64,000 nt of DNA from the human T2T-CHM13v2.0 reference genome, Homo sapiens: NCBI RefSeq assembly GCF_009914755.1, contig NC_060933.1. One strand, written 5' to 3'. The notes beneath the pieces are model-generated. The model did not search any database. It saw only the letters and a program-made list of their open reading frames with translations, and was not told where the DNA came from. Numbering within the stretch: position 1 is the stretch's first letter; every line of letters starts with the position of its first letter. The position numbers and the translations under genes are program-made. Below are positions 41,061 to 59,820 of the stretch, piece after piece.

Positions 41061-43335
41061 TTTCATTCTATAATTATGTCATTCCCCCACTGATAAGTAT
41101 TCATAGATAATTATTCCTTTTAACACTAATAATATTCAGGTTATTTCTAGTTGTTTTCATAAACAGTTTGATTGAGAAATAACCCACATATTACAAAATT
41201 TACCTTTCAAAAGTGTACAATATAATGGCTTTTGGTTTACTTACAGAGTTATAAAGCAATCACAACTATGCAACTGGAGGATTTTCATAAATCTCTCTAA
41301 AGTTGTATTACTATTAGAAATAATAATCCATTCTACCCACTTCTGAGTGCCTTGCAATAACAAATCTACATTGTGTCTTTGTGATTTTGCCTATTATTCA
41401 CATTTCATTATAAACAGAATAATACAAATATGGCCCTGATGACTGGCTTCCTTCAGTTAACAGTGTTTTCAAGGTTCATCCATGTTGCAGTTTGGGTCAG
41501 TAATTTATCTTTTTAATTGCCAAGTAATATTTCATTGTGTAAATTTACTACATTTTGTTTATCCATTCATCACTTCATGGACATTTTGGTGTTTCAACAT
41601 TTAGGCTATTATAATGCTGCTATAAACATTTGTGTGCAAGTTTTTCAGTGACAAATGTTTTCATGTCTCTTGAGTGTATACGAAGCAAAGAAACTTCTGG
41701 ATTATTTCGTAACTTTATGCATAACACATTATAGAAACTAAAAATGCTGTTTAAGGTGGCTTCATCATTATAAACATCATGAGCAATATATGATTGTTCC
41801 AAATTCTTAACATGCTCCCTAACTTTTTTTTTGCTATCTATCTTTGTTATGTTAGCTTTCCAAGTGGTTATGAAGTGGTACCTTATTTTTGTGTTGATTT
41901 TATTTCTGTAATGATTAATTATGTTGAGCAAGCTTTCAGGTGCTTATTGGCCATTTGTGCACATCTTTGGAGAAATATCTATTCAGATATTTTGCCATTT
42001 TTAATGAATTGTTATTTTACTATTACAACAGTAAGTACACTGGATAGAAATTACTTATTAGATATATGATTTTAAAATGTTTTTATTATTTGAGTTGTTT
42101 TCTCATTTTTATGATAGTGTTTTTGAGACAAAAATGTTTTTAGTTTTAACAAAGTCAAATTTATCTATATTTTGGTTGATTGTGATTTTGCTGTCCATTG
42201 TTTAAACCCAATTGATTAATTCATAGCCACAAAGATTTACTCCTGTGTTTTCCTCAAAGATTGCTAAAAATTTAGCTCATATTTAGTTCTGTGATCTGTT
42301 TTGAGTTCATTTTATATATTTTGGGGGCAGAGATCCATTATTATTCTTTTGCATGTAGATAACTACGTGTCTCAGTATTATGTGTTTAAAAGTCTATTTT
42401 TTCCCTATGTAATTATTTGGGACATTTGTTAATAATCAGTTGACCATAAATATTAAAGTTGAGTTCTGAAATCTTGATTTCATTCTATTGGTTTATAAGT
42501 TTATGGTTATTCCAGCTTCACACATTTTATTACCATACTTTCAGAGTAAGTTTTGAAACAGAGTTTTGAGTTCTACAATTATATTCTTTTTCAAGATTGG
42601 CAAGTGTGGTTTTTATAGAAATTTTATCAAACCTGTAGATCATTTGTGAAATATTACCATCTTATGAATATATAGCTTTTCAGTCCATTAACATGAGAGA
42701 TAGTTTAAATTGTTTTATCTATCTTTAATTTCTTTCAGCCACATAGAATTTTCTATGGAAAAGTCTTGCACAACTTTTGTTCTATTGTTTAATAAGTATT
42801 TTATTCTGTTCGATAATAATTGTAAGTTGAGTTGTTTTTCTTTATTTCATTTCAACCTGTTAATTCCAGGTGCATAAACCAGCGATGTCTGTGTACGGAT
42901 CTTATAACCTTCAATCACACTGAGGTTTTTATTATTTCTAAAATATTTTAGAAGATGTCTTAATGTGTTCTTTATACAAGACAGCGACATCTTACAAAGA
43001 GAAAATTTTGGGCTTCTTCTTTTTCAATCTGGATGTCCTTTATTTCCTGGTCTTGATTCAGTGCTCTGGCTAGAATCTCTAGTACAATGTTGAATAGAAG
43101 TGGTGAGGGGAAACACCTTCACCTTTTTCCTGATCTTAGGGGGAAACCATTTCACAATTAATTATGTGTTAGCTGTGGGTTTTCATAAATGTACTTTGTT
43201 TGTCTAAGGAATTTGATTTCTATTTCTAATGTGCAAAATATCTTTTTTAATCATGAAATAATGTTAGAATTTGTCAAGTGCTTTTTCTGTGTATTAAAAG
43301 TATGATTTCCCTCCTTTATTCTATTAATTAAATGC

Positions 43336-43738
43336 TGACTTAGCTTAGGCTGCCATAACAAATACCATAGATAGAGTGGCTTAAACAACACCAGTTAATT
43401 TTCTCAGAGTTCTGGAAGCTAGAAAGTCCACGAGCAAGGTGCTGGCAAGGTGGATGTCTGGTGAGGGCTCTCTTTGGGGTTTTAGAAGGCCATTTTCTCA
43501 CTGTGTTTCACACGGTCTTTCCTCAGTATAAGTATATGAAAAGAGAGAGAGCACAAGTGCTCTCTCTCCCTCTTCATGTAAGACCACCAATTCTATTGAA
43601 TTAGGACCCCCCACACACACTTATGACCTCATTTAACCTTAATTACCCTTTAAAAGCACTATCTCCAAAGACAGTCACATTGAGGATTAAGGCTTCAAAA
43701 TATGAATTTTGAGGAGGACACAATTCAGTTCATAGCAT
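43336..43738 (-). mobile_element. MLT1A-type MaLR LTR
   Basis: ttagcttaggctgccataacaaataccatag...gacacaattcagttcatagca. Confidence 0.88.
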
Positions 43739-44249
43739 ATGGTATATTGGATTGAGTTTTGAATGTTAAAACAACCTTGCCTTCTTAGAATACAGGTCAT
43801 TTGACCTTCTTGCATAATTATCTTTAATATGTTGCTGAATTTGGATTTCTGTAATTTTATCAGACATTTTTAGTCTATATTTTTAAGAGACATGTATCTA
43901 CAGCTTTTTAATTTTTCTTGTGATGTCCTTATCTAATATCAGTCTCAAGTTATTATTGGCCTCACAAAATGACCAGGGAAATATTCCCTCATATTGTATA
44001 TTCTGGAGTTTGTGAAGGATCATTAATTATTTTTTTTTAATTATACAGAATTCAGCAGTAAAATTGTTGGGGCCTGGACTGATTTTTTTGTGGGGAGATT
44101 TTAAATGACTAATTTATTCTCTGTATTTGTGATAGGTCTCCTCTGATACACTATTTCTTCTTGAATCATTTTCAGTAGTTTGTATCTTTCTAAGATTCTG
44201 TCCTTTTTATGTTTATTATCTAATTTGTTAACATATATTTATTGAGTAA

Positions 44250-44582
44250 ACTTTTATTTTTAATATTTTGGGGTACATAATACCTATTTATGGGGTACAC
44301 GAGAAGTTTTGATACGGGTATGCAACGTGAAATAATCACATCATGGAGAATGGGGTATCCATCCCCTCAAGCATTTATCCCTTATGTTACAGACAATCCA
44401 ATTAGACTTGTTTAGTTATTTTAAAATGTACAATTAAGTTATTATTGACTATAATTGCCCTGTTGTGTTATCAAATAGTAAGTATTCTTTTTCTACCTAT
44501 TTTTGTACCCATTAACCATCCCTACCTCTCCCTACCCCAGACCCCCACTACCCTTCCCAGCCTTTGATTACCATCCTTCAAC

Positions 44583-44616
<34 letters not shown>

Positions 44617-46455
44617 TGTGTGTCTGTGTGTGTGGGACAGGCTTGCTCTGTGGCCCAGGCTGGGGTGCAGTTGTGCAATCTCTGCTAACCTCAGCTTGCC
44701 TGGCCTGATTCGATTTTTATGTTGCTCAAATAAGTGAGAACATCCAATGTCTGTCTCTCTGTGCCTGGCTTATTTCGCTTCACAAAATGATCTCCAGTTC
44801 CAGTTCCATCTACCTCGTTGCAAAAGACAGAATATCATTCCTTTCTATGGCTGACTAGCACTCCATTGTGAATAAGCACCACATTCTCTTCATTCTTTCA
44901 TCTGTTGATGGACACTTAGATTGCTTTCAAACCTTAGCTATTGTGAACAGTGCTGCAACAAACATAGGAGTGCCGATATCTCTTCAATATACTGATTTCC
45001 TTTCTTTGGGATATATATCCAGCAGTGGGACTGCTGGATCATGTGATAGCTCAATGTTTAGTTTTCTGAGGAGCATCCAAATCGTTCTCCATAATGGTTG
45101 TACTAATTTACCTTCCCCCCAACAGAGTGCAAGGATTCCGTTTTTTCCGCATCCTCACCACCATTTGTTATAGCCTGTCTTTTGGATATGAGCCATTTTA
45201 ACTGGGGTGAAATGATATCTCATTGTAGTTTTTTCCTGCATTTATCTGATAATTAATGATGTTGAGAACCTTTCTATATGTCTGTTTGCCATTTGTGTGT
45301 CTTCTTTTCAGAAATGTCTATTCAAATCTTTTGCCCATCTGTTGATCAGATTATTACATTTTTTCCCATAGGGTTGTTTGAGCACCTTATATATTCTGAT
45401 TATTTTCTCCCATTCTGTGTGTTGTCTCTTAACTTCGTTGATTGTTTCCTTTGCTGTGCAGAAGCTTTTTAACTTGAGATGGTCCTATTTATCCAGGTTT
45501 GCTTTGGTTGCCTGTGCTTGTCGAGTATTGCTCAAGACATTTTTGCCCCCAGAACAATGTCCTGGAGATTTGCCCCAATGTTTTCTTGTAGTAGTTTCAC
45601 AGTTTAAGGTCTTAGATTAAAGGTTTTAATCCTTTTCTATTGGATTGTTATGTATGGCAAGAAATAGAGGTCTAGTTTTATTCTTCTGCATATGGATATC
45701 CAGTTTTTCAAGCACCATTTATTAAAGAGACTGTCTTTCCCCAGTGTATGTTCTTGGCACCTTTGTTGCAGATGAGTTCATGGTAGATGTGTGGATTTTC
45801 TTCCATGTTCTCTATTCTGTTCCATTGGCCTATGTGTCTGTTTTTATGCCAGTAACATCCTGTTTTGGTTACTATAGTTCTGTAGTATATTTGAAGTCAG
45901 ATAAGGTGATTCTTCCAGTTTTGTTCTTTTTACTCAGGATAGCTTTGACTATTCTGGATCTTCTGTAATTACATATAAATTTTAGAATTGTTTTTCTCTT
46001 TCTGTGAAGAATGTCATTGGTATTTTGACAGGAATTACAATGACTCTGTAGATTGCTTTGGGTAGAATGGACATTTTAAAAATATTGATTCTTCCAATCT
46101 ATGAACATGGAATATCTTTGCATTTTTTGGTGTCCTCTTGAATTTATTTTATAAGCATTTTATAGTTTTCATTACAGCACTTTTTCACATCATGGGTTAA
46201 ATTAATTTCTTGGTGTTTAATTTTATGTGTGGCTATTGTAAGTGAGATTACTTTTTTGATTTATTTTTTCAGGTCGTTCACTGTTGGCACATAGAAATGC
46301 TACTGATTTTTGTATGTTGATTTTGTATCCTACAACTTTACTGAATTTGTTTATAAGTTCTAATCTTTTTTTTTTTGTGGAGTCTTTAGGTTTTTCCAAA
46401 TATAAGATCATATCATCTGCAAACAAGGATAATTTGACTTATTTCTATCCGATTG
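44250..46455 (-). mobile_element. L1MA1-3 3' fragment
   Basis: 3'UTR gtgaaataatcacatcatggagaatggggtatccatcccctcaagc. RT peptide [15 protein letters not shown] in ORF 46223-46426. Confidence 0.9.
44585..44705 (-). mobile_element. Internally deleted Alu remnant with a (TG)n tail
   Basis: (TG)n, then gacaggcttgctctgtggcccaggctggggtgcagt (Alu 3' end), joined to gcctggcc (Alu 5' end). Confidence 0.65.
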
Positions 46456-46567
46456 GTTTATTTGTATATTTATTTATTTATTTATTCAAGATCTGTAGTG
46501 GCAACCTCTCTTTCTTTCCTAATTTTAATAATTTGATTCTTTAACATTTTGCTGGTCATTCCTGTTA

Positions 46568-46927
<360 letters not shown>

Positions 46928-48456
46928 TCAATGAAACAGGTTTTGTGTTTTAAAATTTTCTTTATCTATTTTATTATTTATTTTTGCTCTAAACTTTATT
47001 GTTTCCTACATTCAGTTTGCTTTAGGTTTATTTTTTTCTTCTCTTTGTCTACTTAAGGTAGAAATTTGGGTAATTGATTTGATTTTTCTTTTCATTGAAA
47101 TGTAGGCATTTTTAGCTATATATTTTCCTCTAAGTACTGCTTTTTCTACATGTCATATATTTTATGTGCTCTTTGGTTTTGTTTCTTTGTTTAATTTATT
47201 TTAAACTATTTTCTAATTGATCTTATGATTTCTCTCTTGACCTACTGATTATTTAGATGTCTGTTGTCTTATTTGACATATATTAAATATCTTGAATTTC
47301 CTTATGCTATTGATTTTACTTAATTTCATTCTGTTTGCAGAACAAATTTTCAATATTTAAATTCCTTTACATTTATTGAGGCTTCATTTTATAATGTAAT
47401 ATATCATCTATCAAAGGGAATGTTTTATGTCTTTGCTGGAGTGTTCTTTAGAAATCTGTTTCATGTGGTTGTTTTACCATGTGCAAGTCTTCTGTTTATC
47501 TATTGATATTCTGCCTATTGTTTCACTCATTATTGAAAGTGGCATCATTTGTAGGTTCTAAAATTTCTCCTTTATCTTTTTCGTGGTAACTTGATGGTTG
47601 GACAAAAATTTCTTTAAATAATTTGAACCTATAATTATTTAATCCTTTGCTAAGGGGCCCTGTAGGTTTGTGTGTTGTGTGTGTGTATTGATATATTTTT
47701 AATAAAATTTCATCTTAGCCTTCACTTCCTGCTTGTACAAGACCTCAAGTTCAGCCAAATTGAAATACTGAGGCATTGTTACATCTTTTGTATCACCAGG
47801 AATATGTAAGATATTTATAAAAATCTCTGTGTGCCTCTCATTCTTCAGGTTTTCTTTTAATTTTGAACCATCCTCCCATTGTTTAATGTGATTTTGTCAT
47901 GCTATATTTTAAATTTTTAAATTTTGGTTATTCAAAAATATACTTTCCCTTATGGTTTCTAGTTTTGGTATCTTGCTTTAAAATCCTAAGCTATGCCAAT
48001 GTTGAACATATATGAGGCATATTGTCTTCTAGAATGCTAAGGCTATTTATTTTTCTTAATATTTTATATATTTGTGATTTAACTTAGTGTCTGCTGTGAG
48101 ACATAATTTATTATTTTCTACCCGGTGATATTTGTTACATTGAATAATATTTAATCCTTGCTTTATTAACTGAAATATACAACTTGTAATGAGCCAAATT
48201 ACTGTATTATTAATGTGTAGTTAATGACCTTATGTTTAAGTCCATTATGTTTATTTGATCTCTACCATCACGTTACTGTATTAACTAATTTATTTCAATA
48301 TCTAATAGGGCCAGTCTCTCAACATTAATTAACTTTATTATTTTTATTATTTTTCTAAGCTAGTCTCACACATTTACTTTTTAATAGCCTTGAAATTGTT
48401 TTTCAAATTTAATCTGCACATATTGTATTAAAACTTATTTAAAATCAGTTTAATTG

Positions 48457-48715
48457 GGCTGGGCCTGGTGGCTCATGCTTGTAATTTCACCATTTTGGGA
48501 GGCCGAGGTGAGCAGATCACATACCAAAACAATTGCAACAACAAATTTAACCAACACAGTGGCACATGTCTTTAATCCCAGCTACTCCTGTGGCCGAGAC
48601 ATGATAATCACTTGAACCCAGGAGGCAGAATTTACAGTGAGTGGAGATCGTGCCACTGCACTCCAGCCTGGGTAACAGAGTGAGACCATGTCTAAAAATA
48701 AATAAATAATAAATT
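48457..48715 (+). mobile_element. Old Alu (J or early S) with a left-arm deletion, inside antisense L1ME debris
   Basis: gcagatcac joins directly to the A-rich linker. TSD aaaa(t/a)cagtttaattg at 48441-48456 and 48716-48731. Confidence 0.9.
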
Positions 48716-48999
48716 AAAAACAGTTTAATTGATAATTTACAGTGATTTTAAAGATTGACTTAATATCCTTTTCTAAATATAATGTATATATATTTATAAA
48801 TTTCACATACTGCTTCATAACTTTGAGTAAAGTTTTGAAGTTATTTTATTATAGACTATTTATTAATTGATTTATTTTAGGTACTTTATTTTTATTGTTG
48901 CAATTTAAAATTTGAATATTTTTTAAATTTATATTTCAAGTATTATATAGTCATTTGGATGAGGTAAATAATTCCACAAGGAGCAACTACAAAAGCTGA

Positions 49000-51600
49000 T
49001 TTTGTGGAAAAAAATTATTTATAGATATCAGAGAGTAGAAGCAATCTGTACTACCCAAACACAAAATGTATACAGAGAAATGACATCAGAGAGCTCAGCT
49101 AAGGGTCTACAGCTACTTGGGGAATTTAGGAATTTGGGATATAGAAAAAGAGGTTGAGTATTCAGATTTTGCCTGGAAGAAACCTACTGGTGGGGACCAG
49201 AAAAGACACCAACCTAAATTGGCTCATAAGTTTGAAGAAGTAAATTTGGTGCCTTGAGGGGTAGAAAAGGGAGGACAGAGAACTGGGCCTGATACACATT
49301 GCCAGTTTTTTCCTCAAGCCTTTGTTCTGGATCTTAAAAGTACATGGGACACAAAGCCAAGAAGGAAAGCCACTGAAGGGCAGAGTGTTTTCTGCAGTTT
49401 TACTGCACTGAAGAAACAAAAATGAGAGTTCAGGATTAGGGGGAAACACGGTGAATACACAGGTACTGATCTGGATAACATGGAAGACTAAACCAAAGGA
49501 GCAGGAATGAGCAGAGGTAGACAAAGCCTAACCAAACTACAGCCGAACCTTAACTCAGCACAGTCCTCACTTCATTAAAGAGATCAATCCTCAGACCACC
49601 ATCATCCAAGTAGATTGAACTGAATAGATTCTACACACAGATCCACACACACATTCACACACACATGCGCACATATAAATTCACAGATGTATTTTATATA
49701 TATAATACGTTTAAAAAATTAAATGTCTATATATAATACATTTAATTCATGACAAGTCTATGCTTCTATATAGAGGAGAAAAAGTAATATTTTCATATGG
49801 AGATGCATATTCTAAAAATAATTATTAGCCCCAGCATGTACCATATAAATAAAATCCATATTGACTTTAGAAATAAATATGGAGGTAAACTAAACTAATT
49901 CAGTTTTTAGAACAAAATAAAGTATTTTAATATTCTTGGAGTAGGAAAGTATTTTGTAAGTGAAAAATGTGCTAAACAAAGAATAAAAGACAAATCAGAT
50001 TGTATTAAAATAAGAACTACTGTTTCTCAAATGAATACTGCTAATGGAGTGAGACAACAAGCCACACAGTGAGAGATAATTGCAATATATATCCTGCAAA
50101 AAACTTACATTCATAATGTCTAAACTTCTTACAAATCAACAAAAAAAAACCTCAATGCTTCAATAGAGGGGAAAAAGGCTAGGTACTAGGGTAGACAGAG
50201 TTCATTCAAGTGAATATCTAAGTAGTTAATAAATAGACAAGAGAAAATAATCAAACACATTATTCACAAGGAAAGTAAAAATTAAAGTCATGCTGAGATA
50301 CCTCTATGGTTCGAGTATTTGTCTCCTCCAAACCTCTTGATAAGATGTTATCCCCAGTGTTGGAGAAGGGACCTAATCGGAGATGTTTGGGCCATGGGGG
50401 CAGACATCTCATGAATAGACTAATGCTTTTCCTAGGGTGTGAGTCAGTTCTTGTTCTATTAGTTCCCAGGAGAGCTGGTTGTTAAAAGATCCTGGTACCA
50501 CCCATGCTCCATCTTGCTTCCTCTCTTGCCATGTAATCTCTAAACACTCTGGCTCCCTTTTACCTTCCATCACGAATGGAAGAAGTCTGAGGCCCCCAAC
50601 AAATGCAGGTGCAATCCTGTGACTTGAACTTTTCCTGCCATCAGAACTGTGAACCAAGTAAACCTTTTATATATAAAAAAATAATTAGCCACCCTCAGAT
50701 ATTTCTTTATAACAACATAGAACAAACTAAGATGGATACCAATACACATCCAACAGAATGGCTAATATAAAAAAGTAGAAAATAGCTAATGCTGTCTATG
50801 ACATTGAAGAAGTTTGAGCTACAATGTGCTTTTCATACAACCACTTTGGAAAATTGTTTGACATATTTCTAAAATCAAATATACCTCATGACCTAAATAT
50901 TGCACTACAAGTAAATACATTATCTATAGAAATGGGTATATATGTTATATATGATTTTACTTCCTTCAAAAAAAATGAGTATTCATTCATAGTAGGACTA
51001 ATTCCTAATACCTAAAAACTTTGAACTTTTAAAAAAGACAGTAGCATGGATATAGAAGATGTGGTACATTTGTCCAATAAAATATTTTCATGACCATACT
51101 TAATAATAATGTAGTGTATATTTTAAAACTGCCAGAAAGGAAAAGTTCGAATGCCTCAACACAAATCATGATGGACAAGTGAGGTGATTGATAGATATGT
51201 TATTTAGCTTAATTTAATCATTCCACATTGTATACATATATTAAAACATCACATTTTACCTCATGAACATATACAAGTTATGATTTTTCAATTAAAATAT
51301 TAATTTTTTTAAAAAATAAAATTTCAAAAAGATGCAACTCAGAAATTAAAATAAATGAACTACAAATCCACAGAGAAATATGGATGAATCTCACAAACAT
51401 ATGGCTGAGCAAAAAGAGCCAGACACTGAACAATGCACTCTGTGTAAATATTAGAGTTTGACAGGTTTCAAGAGTCACACTAGCAATTACGTCTTCATCA
51501 AGGTGCTGGAAACTGGATTGTGACTACTCTACAAGAATTAATTGAGCTTAACACTTTTGATTTGTTAACTTCATGTATGTATACAAAATTTATATATACA
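49000..51600 (+). mobile_element. Old L1M/L1ME fragments (5'UTR-like, then ORF2 3' and 3'UTR) with a nested L1MA 3' end at about 51090-51320
   Basis: gagacaacaagccacacagtgagag, caaccactttggaaaattgtttg and atggatgaatctcacaaacat. Nested L1MA tail ttaatcattccacattgtatacatat. Confidence 0.7.
50302..50734 (+). mobile_element. MSTB-type MaLR solo LTR
   Basis: Runs ctatggttcgagtatttgtctcctccaaa...aacaaactaagatg. TSD gatac at 50297-50301 and 50735-50739. Confidence 0.9.
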
Positions 51601-53249
51601 TATAGCTTTCTTTGGAAGATATTGCATTCACTCTCTCTTGCTCATTTAATTTCTCTCCTTTAAGTGCCTTCTTGTACTGTCCTTTAAAATAGAAACTCTC
51701 CAAAGGCATGATACTTGATTTTTTCCTGCTCTTCAGTAGAGAAACTGGAACGATGAATGCCTACTAGGATGCTAATTTGGGAAAGAAGCATGAGGTGATG
51801 AGGTCCTAAACCAAGAATGGTAGCTGGGGATTTTAAAAAGAAAAAACAAACAAACGAACAAAAAACACAACCATAAGAAAGGAGGCAATTCTAATATAAC
51901 ATAATGGAAGAAGTAAAGGATAAAGGAGAAAACTAAATCAAAGCTAAATGCCTTCATCCTAAGGTCCCTAATAGGTCCAAGCAAATTTTATTGCACAAAC
52001 AATGAACTCATACATAGGCGAATGCCAATAAATTTCCACCTATCTATCTATTTAGTAGCTCCATGTAATAGTCAATGTGGAAGAAGTTCTCATCATGAGG
52101 TCACTCAAGATTCCTGTGCACATTTCATAGAATGTGCCTGCTTGTTAAATGTTTACTAAGAAGAGGCCTGATAAAATCAGGAACAACTGAATTAGGGGTC
52201 CATCGAAAAGTTTTTAATGAGAATATATGTGATCCAAATGCCAAAATAGGATTGGGGTCCATTAGAAGGTTAATATGCTATTTATAAAACATAAGAGATT
52301 GCAGAAATTATATATTTAGATATTGGCTACCATAAAGCAAAGAGAATATACTACAAAAGTGGCTCTCTCTCCAACGGCCTGCATTTTATCATGTACTTAT
52401 AGCCATTCTAAAAGAAAGGAGAATAGGATTAAAGCTATCAGATAGAGGAAGATTACATTAGAGACACATCCCAATGAACTTTTATTGCTAAACTCTGCTC
52501 TGTTGCTGATTTGAATTTTAGCAAAGTGTGCTTTGTAGTCTCAGTGATGCACTTGGTTTGAAGCAGATGACATTAGCTAGATTGCTTAAAGCTGCACTGA
52601 AAACTCAGAACAGCATTATTTCAGGAGACATCTTTCTTTATATACAAACACACATAGGTTCTTCAGATGACTTCACCTATCTTTCTTTGCATTTTGCTTT
52701 GTGTTTTGTTAAAGAAGCCATGTGTAATCATCACCAGAACAGCTTTGGACGTATCACATATTGCAGATAATGAAGCAATTATAAAATTCATTTAGTGCTT
52801 CTGAAAAGGGTAAACAACAATATATTTACAACATACCAGATGGTAAATGAATACCATGTTTATTTTATATTTTTATGCTAAAATCTTATGTGCAATATAC
52901 ATTCCTCTCATCAAGGTGTTTCAGAAAAAACACAGTGTGCTTGTATATAAAGGTCCCTCTGCAATTTCTGAAACAGTATGCAGTAAAAAGTTTTCAGAAT
53001 CAGTTATAACTAATGCAAATTTGTATCAGTTGCCTTATTTTGTAACATTGTATTCAATAGGTATTTTAGCAAAGCCTACTTTCATACGTATTATCTTATT
53101 TAACCTCAAATTATGGGTATCCTTTAATATTGAGAATCAGGAATAAGTATACTTGTAAGGTCAGTTTGTAATCAATAATGGACTTAGTTCTGTTTCCACC
53201 AAAGACTTCAGGATGTCCCTTAAATAGCCCTCTTAAACTAAGTAAACTC

Positions 53250-54357
53250 TTTTTAAAGAATAGCCTTTTCAACAAATGGTGTTGAGACAATTGGATATCC
53301 ACATGCAATAGAAGGATGTTGGACTCCTGATCCACACAATATTAAAATTAAAAAAAAACTCCAAATGGATCACAGAGCTAAATGGATCTAAAGTTGTAAA
53401 ACTATTAAGAAAGTGAAAAGATAATTCATAGAATTGAAGACAATATTATCAAAATAAAATATCTAATAACGTACATATATTCAGGATATATGAAGACATC
53501 ATACAAGTTAACAATAAAAAGACAAATAACCCAATTTACAAATGACAAAACAAGATTTGAGTTGATATTTCCCCAAACACATACAAAAGTCACATGAAAA
53601 AGGGCTCAACATCATTAATCATTAGTTGAACATAAGTCAAACCGCATTGAGGTGCTGCTTTACACTCACTAGGATGCCTGTACAAAATGATAAATAATAT
53701 AAAAAGTGTGATGACAATGTGGTTAAATTCAAACCCTATATATTGTAAAGTGGTGCAGACGCTTTGGAAAAATTTGGTGGTTTCTCAATATGTTAAACAT
53801 AGAGATACTTATCATTCAGCAATTCTACTCCTAGTGTATTTCCAGAGTATTGAAAACATATATCCACATATAAATTTGTACGTGACTATTTATAGTGGCA
53901 TTATTCAGAAAAGCTAAAAATGAAATAAAAACATAAATCACCATCAAATGATGAATGGAAAAACAAAATATGATATAGCTAAACAATGAAATGTTATTTG
54001 GAAATACAAAGAAAAGGGGTACTGATACATGCTACAATATGGGTGAACTTTGAAAAGATTAGGCTACATGAAAGAAGCCAGTCATAACACATCATTAATT
54101 TATCTTAAATACTCACAATAGGCAAATTCATAGACACGGAAAGTAGATTAGTGGTTGCCAGGGAATAGGGGAATGGAGAAACAAAGTGTGTCTGTTAATG
54201 AATATGGCATTTCTTTTGTAGGTAATGAAAATATTCTTAAATTAGATAGTCATGATAGTTGCAATACTCTGTTACTACACTAAAAGACACTTAAAGTGTA
54301 CATGTTAAAAAGAATGAATATCATGTGATGTGAATTGTATCTCAATAATTCTACTGT
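53250..54357 (+). mobile_element. L1MB-type 3' fragment
   Basis: ccttttcaacaaatggtgttgagacaattggatatccacatgca. 3'UTR gaaagtagattagtggttgccaggg...tgtgaattgtatctcaataa. Confidence 0.88.
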
Positions 54358-54493
54358 GTTTTTTTTTTTTGTTATATTTTAAGTTCTAGGGTACATGTGC
54401 ACAACATGCAGGTTTGTTACATATGTATACATGTGCCATGTTGGTGTGCTGCACCCATTAACTCATCATTTACATTAGGTATATCTCCTAATG

Positions 54494-58161
<3,668 letters not shown>

Positions 58162-58224
58162 TATGATGTTAGCTGGTTATTTTGCTTGTTAGTTGATGCA
58201 GTTTCTTCCTAGCATCAATGGTCT

Positions 58225-59241
58225 TTACAATTTGGCATGTTTTTGCAGTGGCTGGTACCGGTTGTTCCTTTCCATGTGTAGTGCTTCCTTCAGGAGCTCT
58301 TGTAGGGCAGGCCTGGTGGTGACAAAATCTCTCAGCATTTGCTTGTCTGTAAAGTATTTTATTTCTCCTTCCCTTATGAAGCTTAGTTTGGCTGGATATG
58401 AAATTCTGGGTTGAAAATTCTTTTCTTTAAGAATGTTGAATATTGGCCGCCCCTCTCTTCTGGCATGTAGAGTTTCTGCTGAGAAATCAGCTGTTAGTCT
58501 GATGGGCTTCCCTTTGTGGGTAACCCGACCTTTCTCTCTGGCTGTCCTTATCATTTTTTCCTTCATTTCAACTTTGGTGAATCTGACAATTATGTGTCTT
58601 GGAGTTGCTCTTCTCGAGGCATATCTTTGTGGCGTTCTCTGTATTTCCTGAATTTGAATGTTGGCCTGCCTTGCTAGTTTGGGGAAGTTCTCCTGGATAA
58701 TATCCTGCAGAGTGTTTTCCAACTTGGTTCCATTCTCCCTATCACTTTCAGGTACACCAGTTAGATGTAGATTTGGTCTTTTCACATAGTCCCATATTTC
58801 TTGGAGGCTTTGTTCATTTCTTTTTATTCTTTTTTCTCTATACTTCTCTTCTCGCTTCATTTCATTCATTTGATCTTCAATCACTGATACCCTTTCTTCC
58901 AGCTGATCAAATCAGCTACTGAAGCTTGTGCATTTGTCACGTAGTTCTTGTGACATGGTTTTCAGCTCCATCAGGTCATTTAAGGACTTCTCTACATTGG
59001 TTGTCGTAGTTAGCCATTCGTCTAATCTTTTTTCAAGCTTTTTAACTTCTTTGCCATGGGTTTGAACTTCCTCCTTTAGCTCGGAGTAGTTTGATCATCT
59101 GAAGCCTTCTTCTCTCAACTCGTCAAAGTCATTCTCCATCCAGCTTTGTTCCGTTGTTGGTGAGGAGCTGCGTTCCTTTGGAGGAGGAGAGGCACTTTGA
59201 TTTTTAGAATGTTCAGTTTTTCTCCTCTGTTTTTTCCCCAT
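58225..59241 (-). pseudogene. L1 ORF1, full 339-codon frame with two in-frame TGA stops
   Basis: ATG at 59241 and stop at 58225. TGA at codon 49 (59097-59095) and codon 110 (58914-58912). The downstream 219 aa are open. Confidence 0.93.
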
Positions 59242-59820
59242 CTTTCTTTGTGGTTTTATCTACCTTTGGTCTTTGATGATGGTGACATACAGATGGGGTT
59301 TTGGTGTGGATGTCCTTTCTGTTTGTTAGTTTTCCTTCTAACAGTCAGGACCCTCAGCTGCAGGTCTGTTGGAGTTTGTTGGAGGTCCACTCCAGACCCT
59401 GTTTGCCTGGGTATCAGCAGCGGAGGCTGCAGAACAGCGAATATTGCTGAACAGCAAATGTTGCTGTCTGATCGTTCCTCTGGAAGTTTCATCTCAGAGG
59501 GGTACCCAGCTGTGTGAGGTGTCAGTCTGCCCCTACTGGGGGGTGCCTCCCAGTTAGGCTACTCGGGGGTCAGGAACCCACTTGAGGAGGCAGTCTGTCC
59601 ATTCTCAGATCTCCAGCTGCGGGCTGGGAGAACCACTACTCTCTTCAAAGCTGTCAGACAGGGACATTTAAGTCTGCAGAGGTTTCTGCTGTCATTTGTT
59701 TGGCTATGCCCTGCCCCCAGAGGTGGAGCCTACAGAGGCAGGCAGGCTTCCTTGAGCTGGGGTGGGCTCCACCCAGTCCGAGCTTCCTGGCCACTTTGTT
59801 TACCTACTCAAGCCTCAGCA

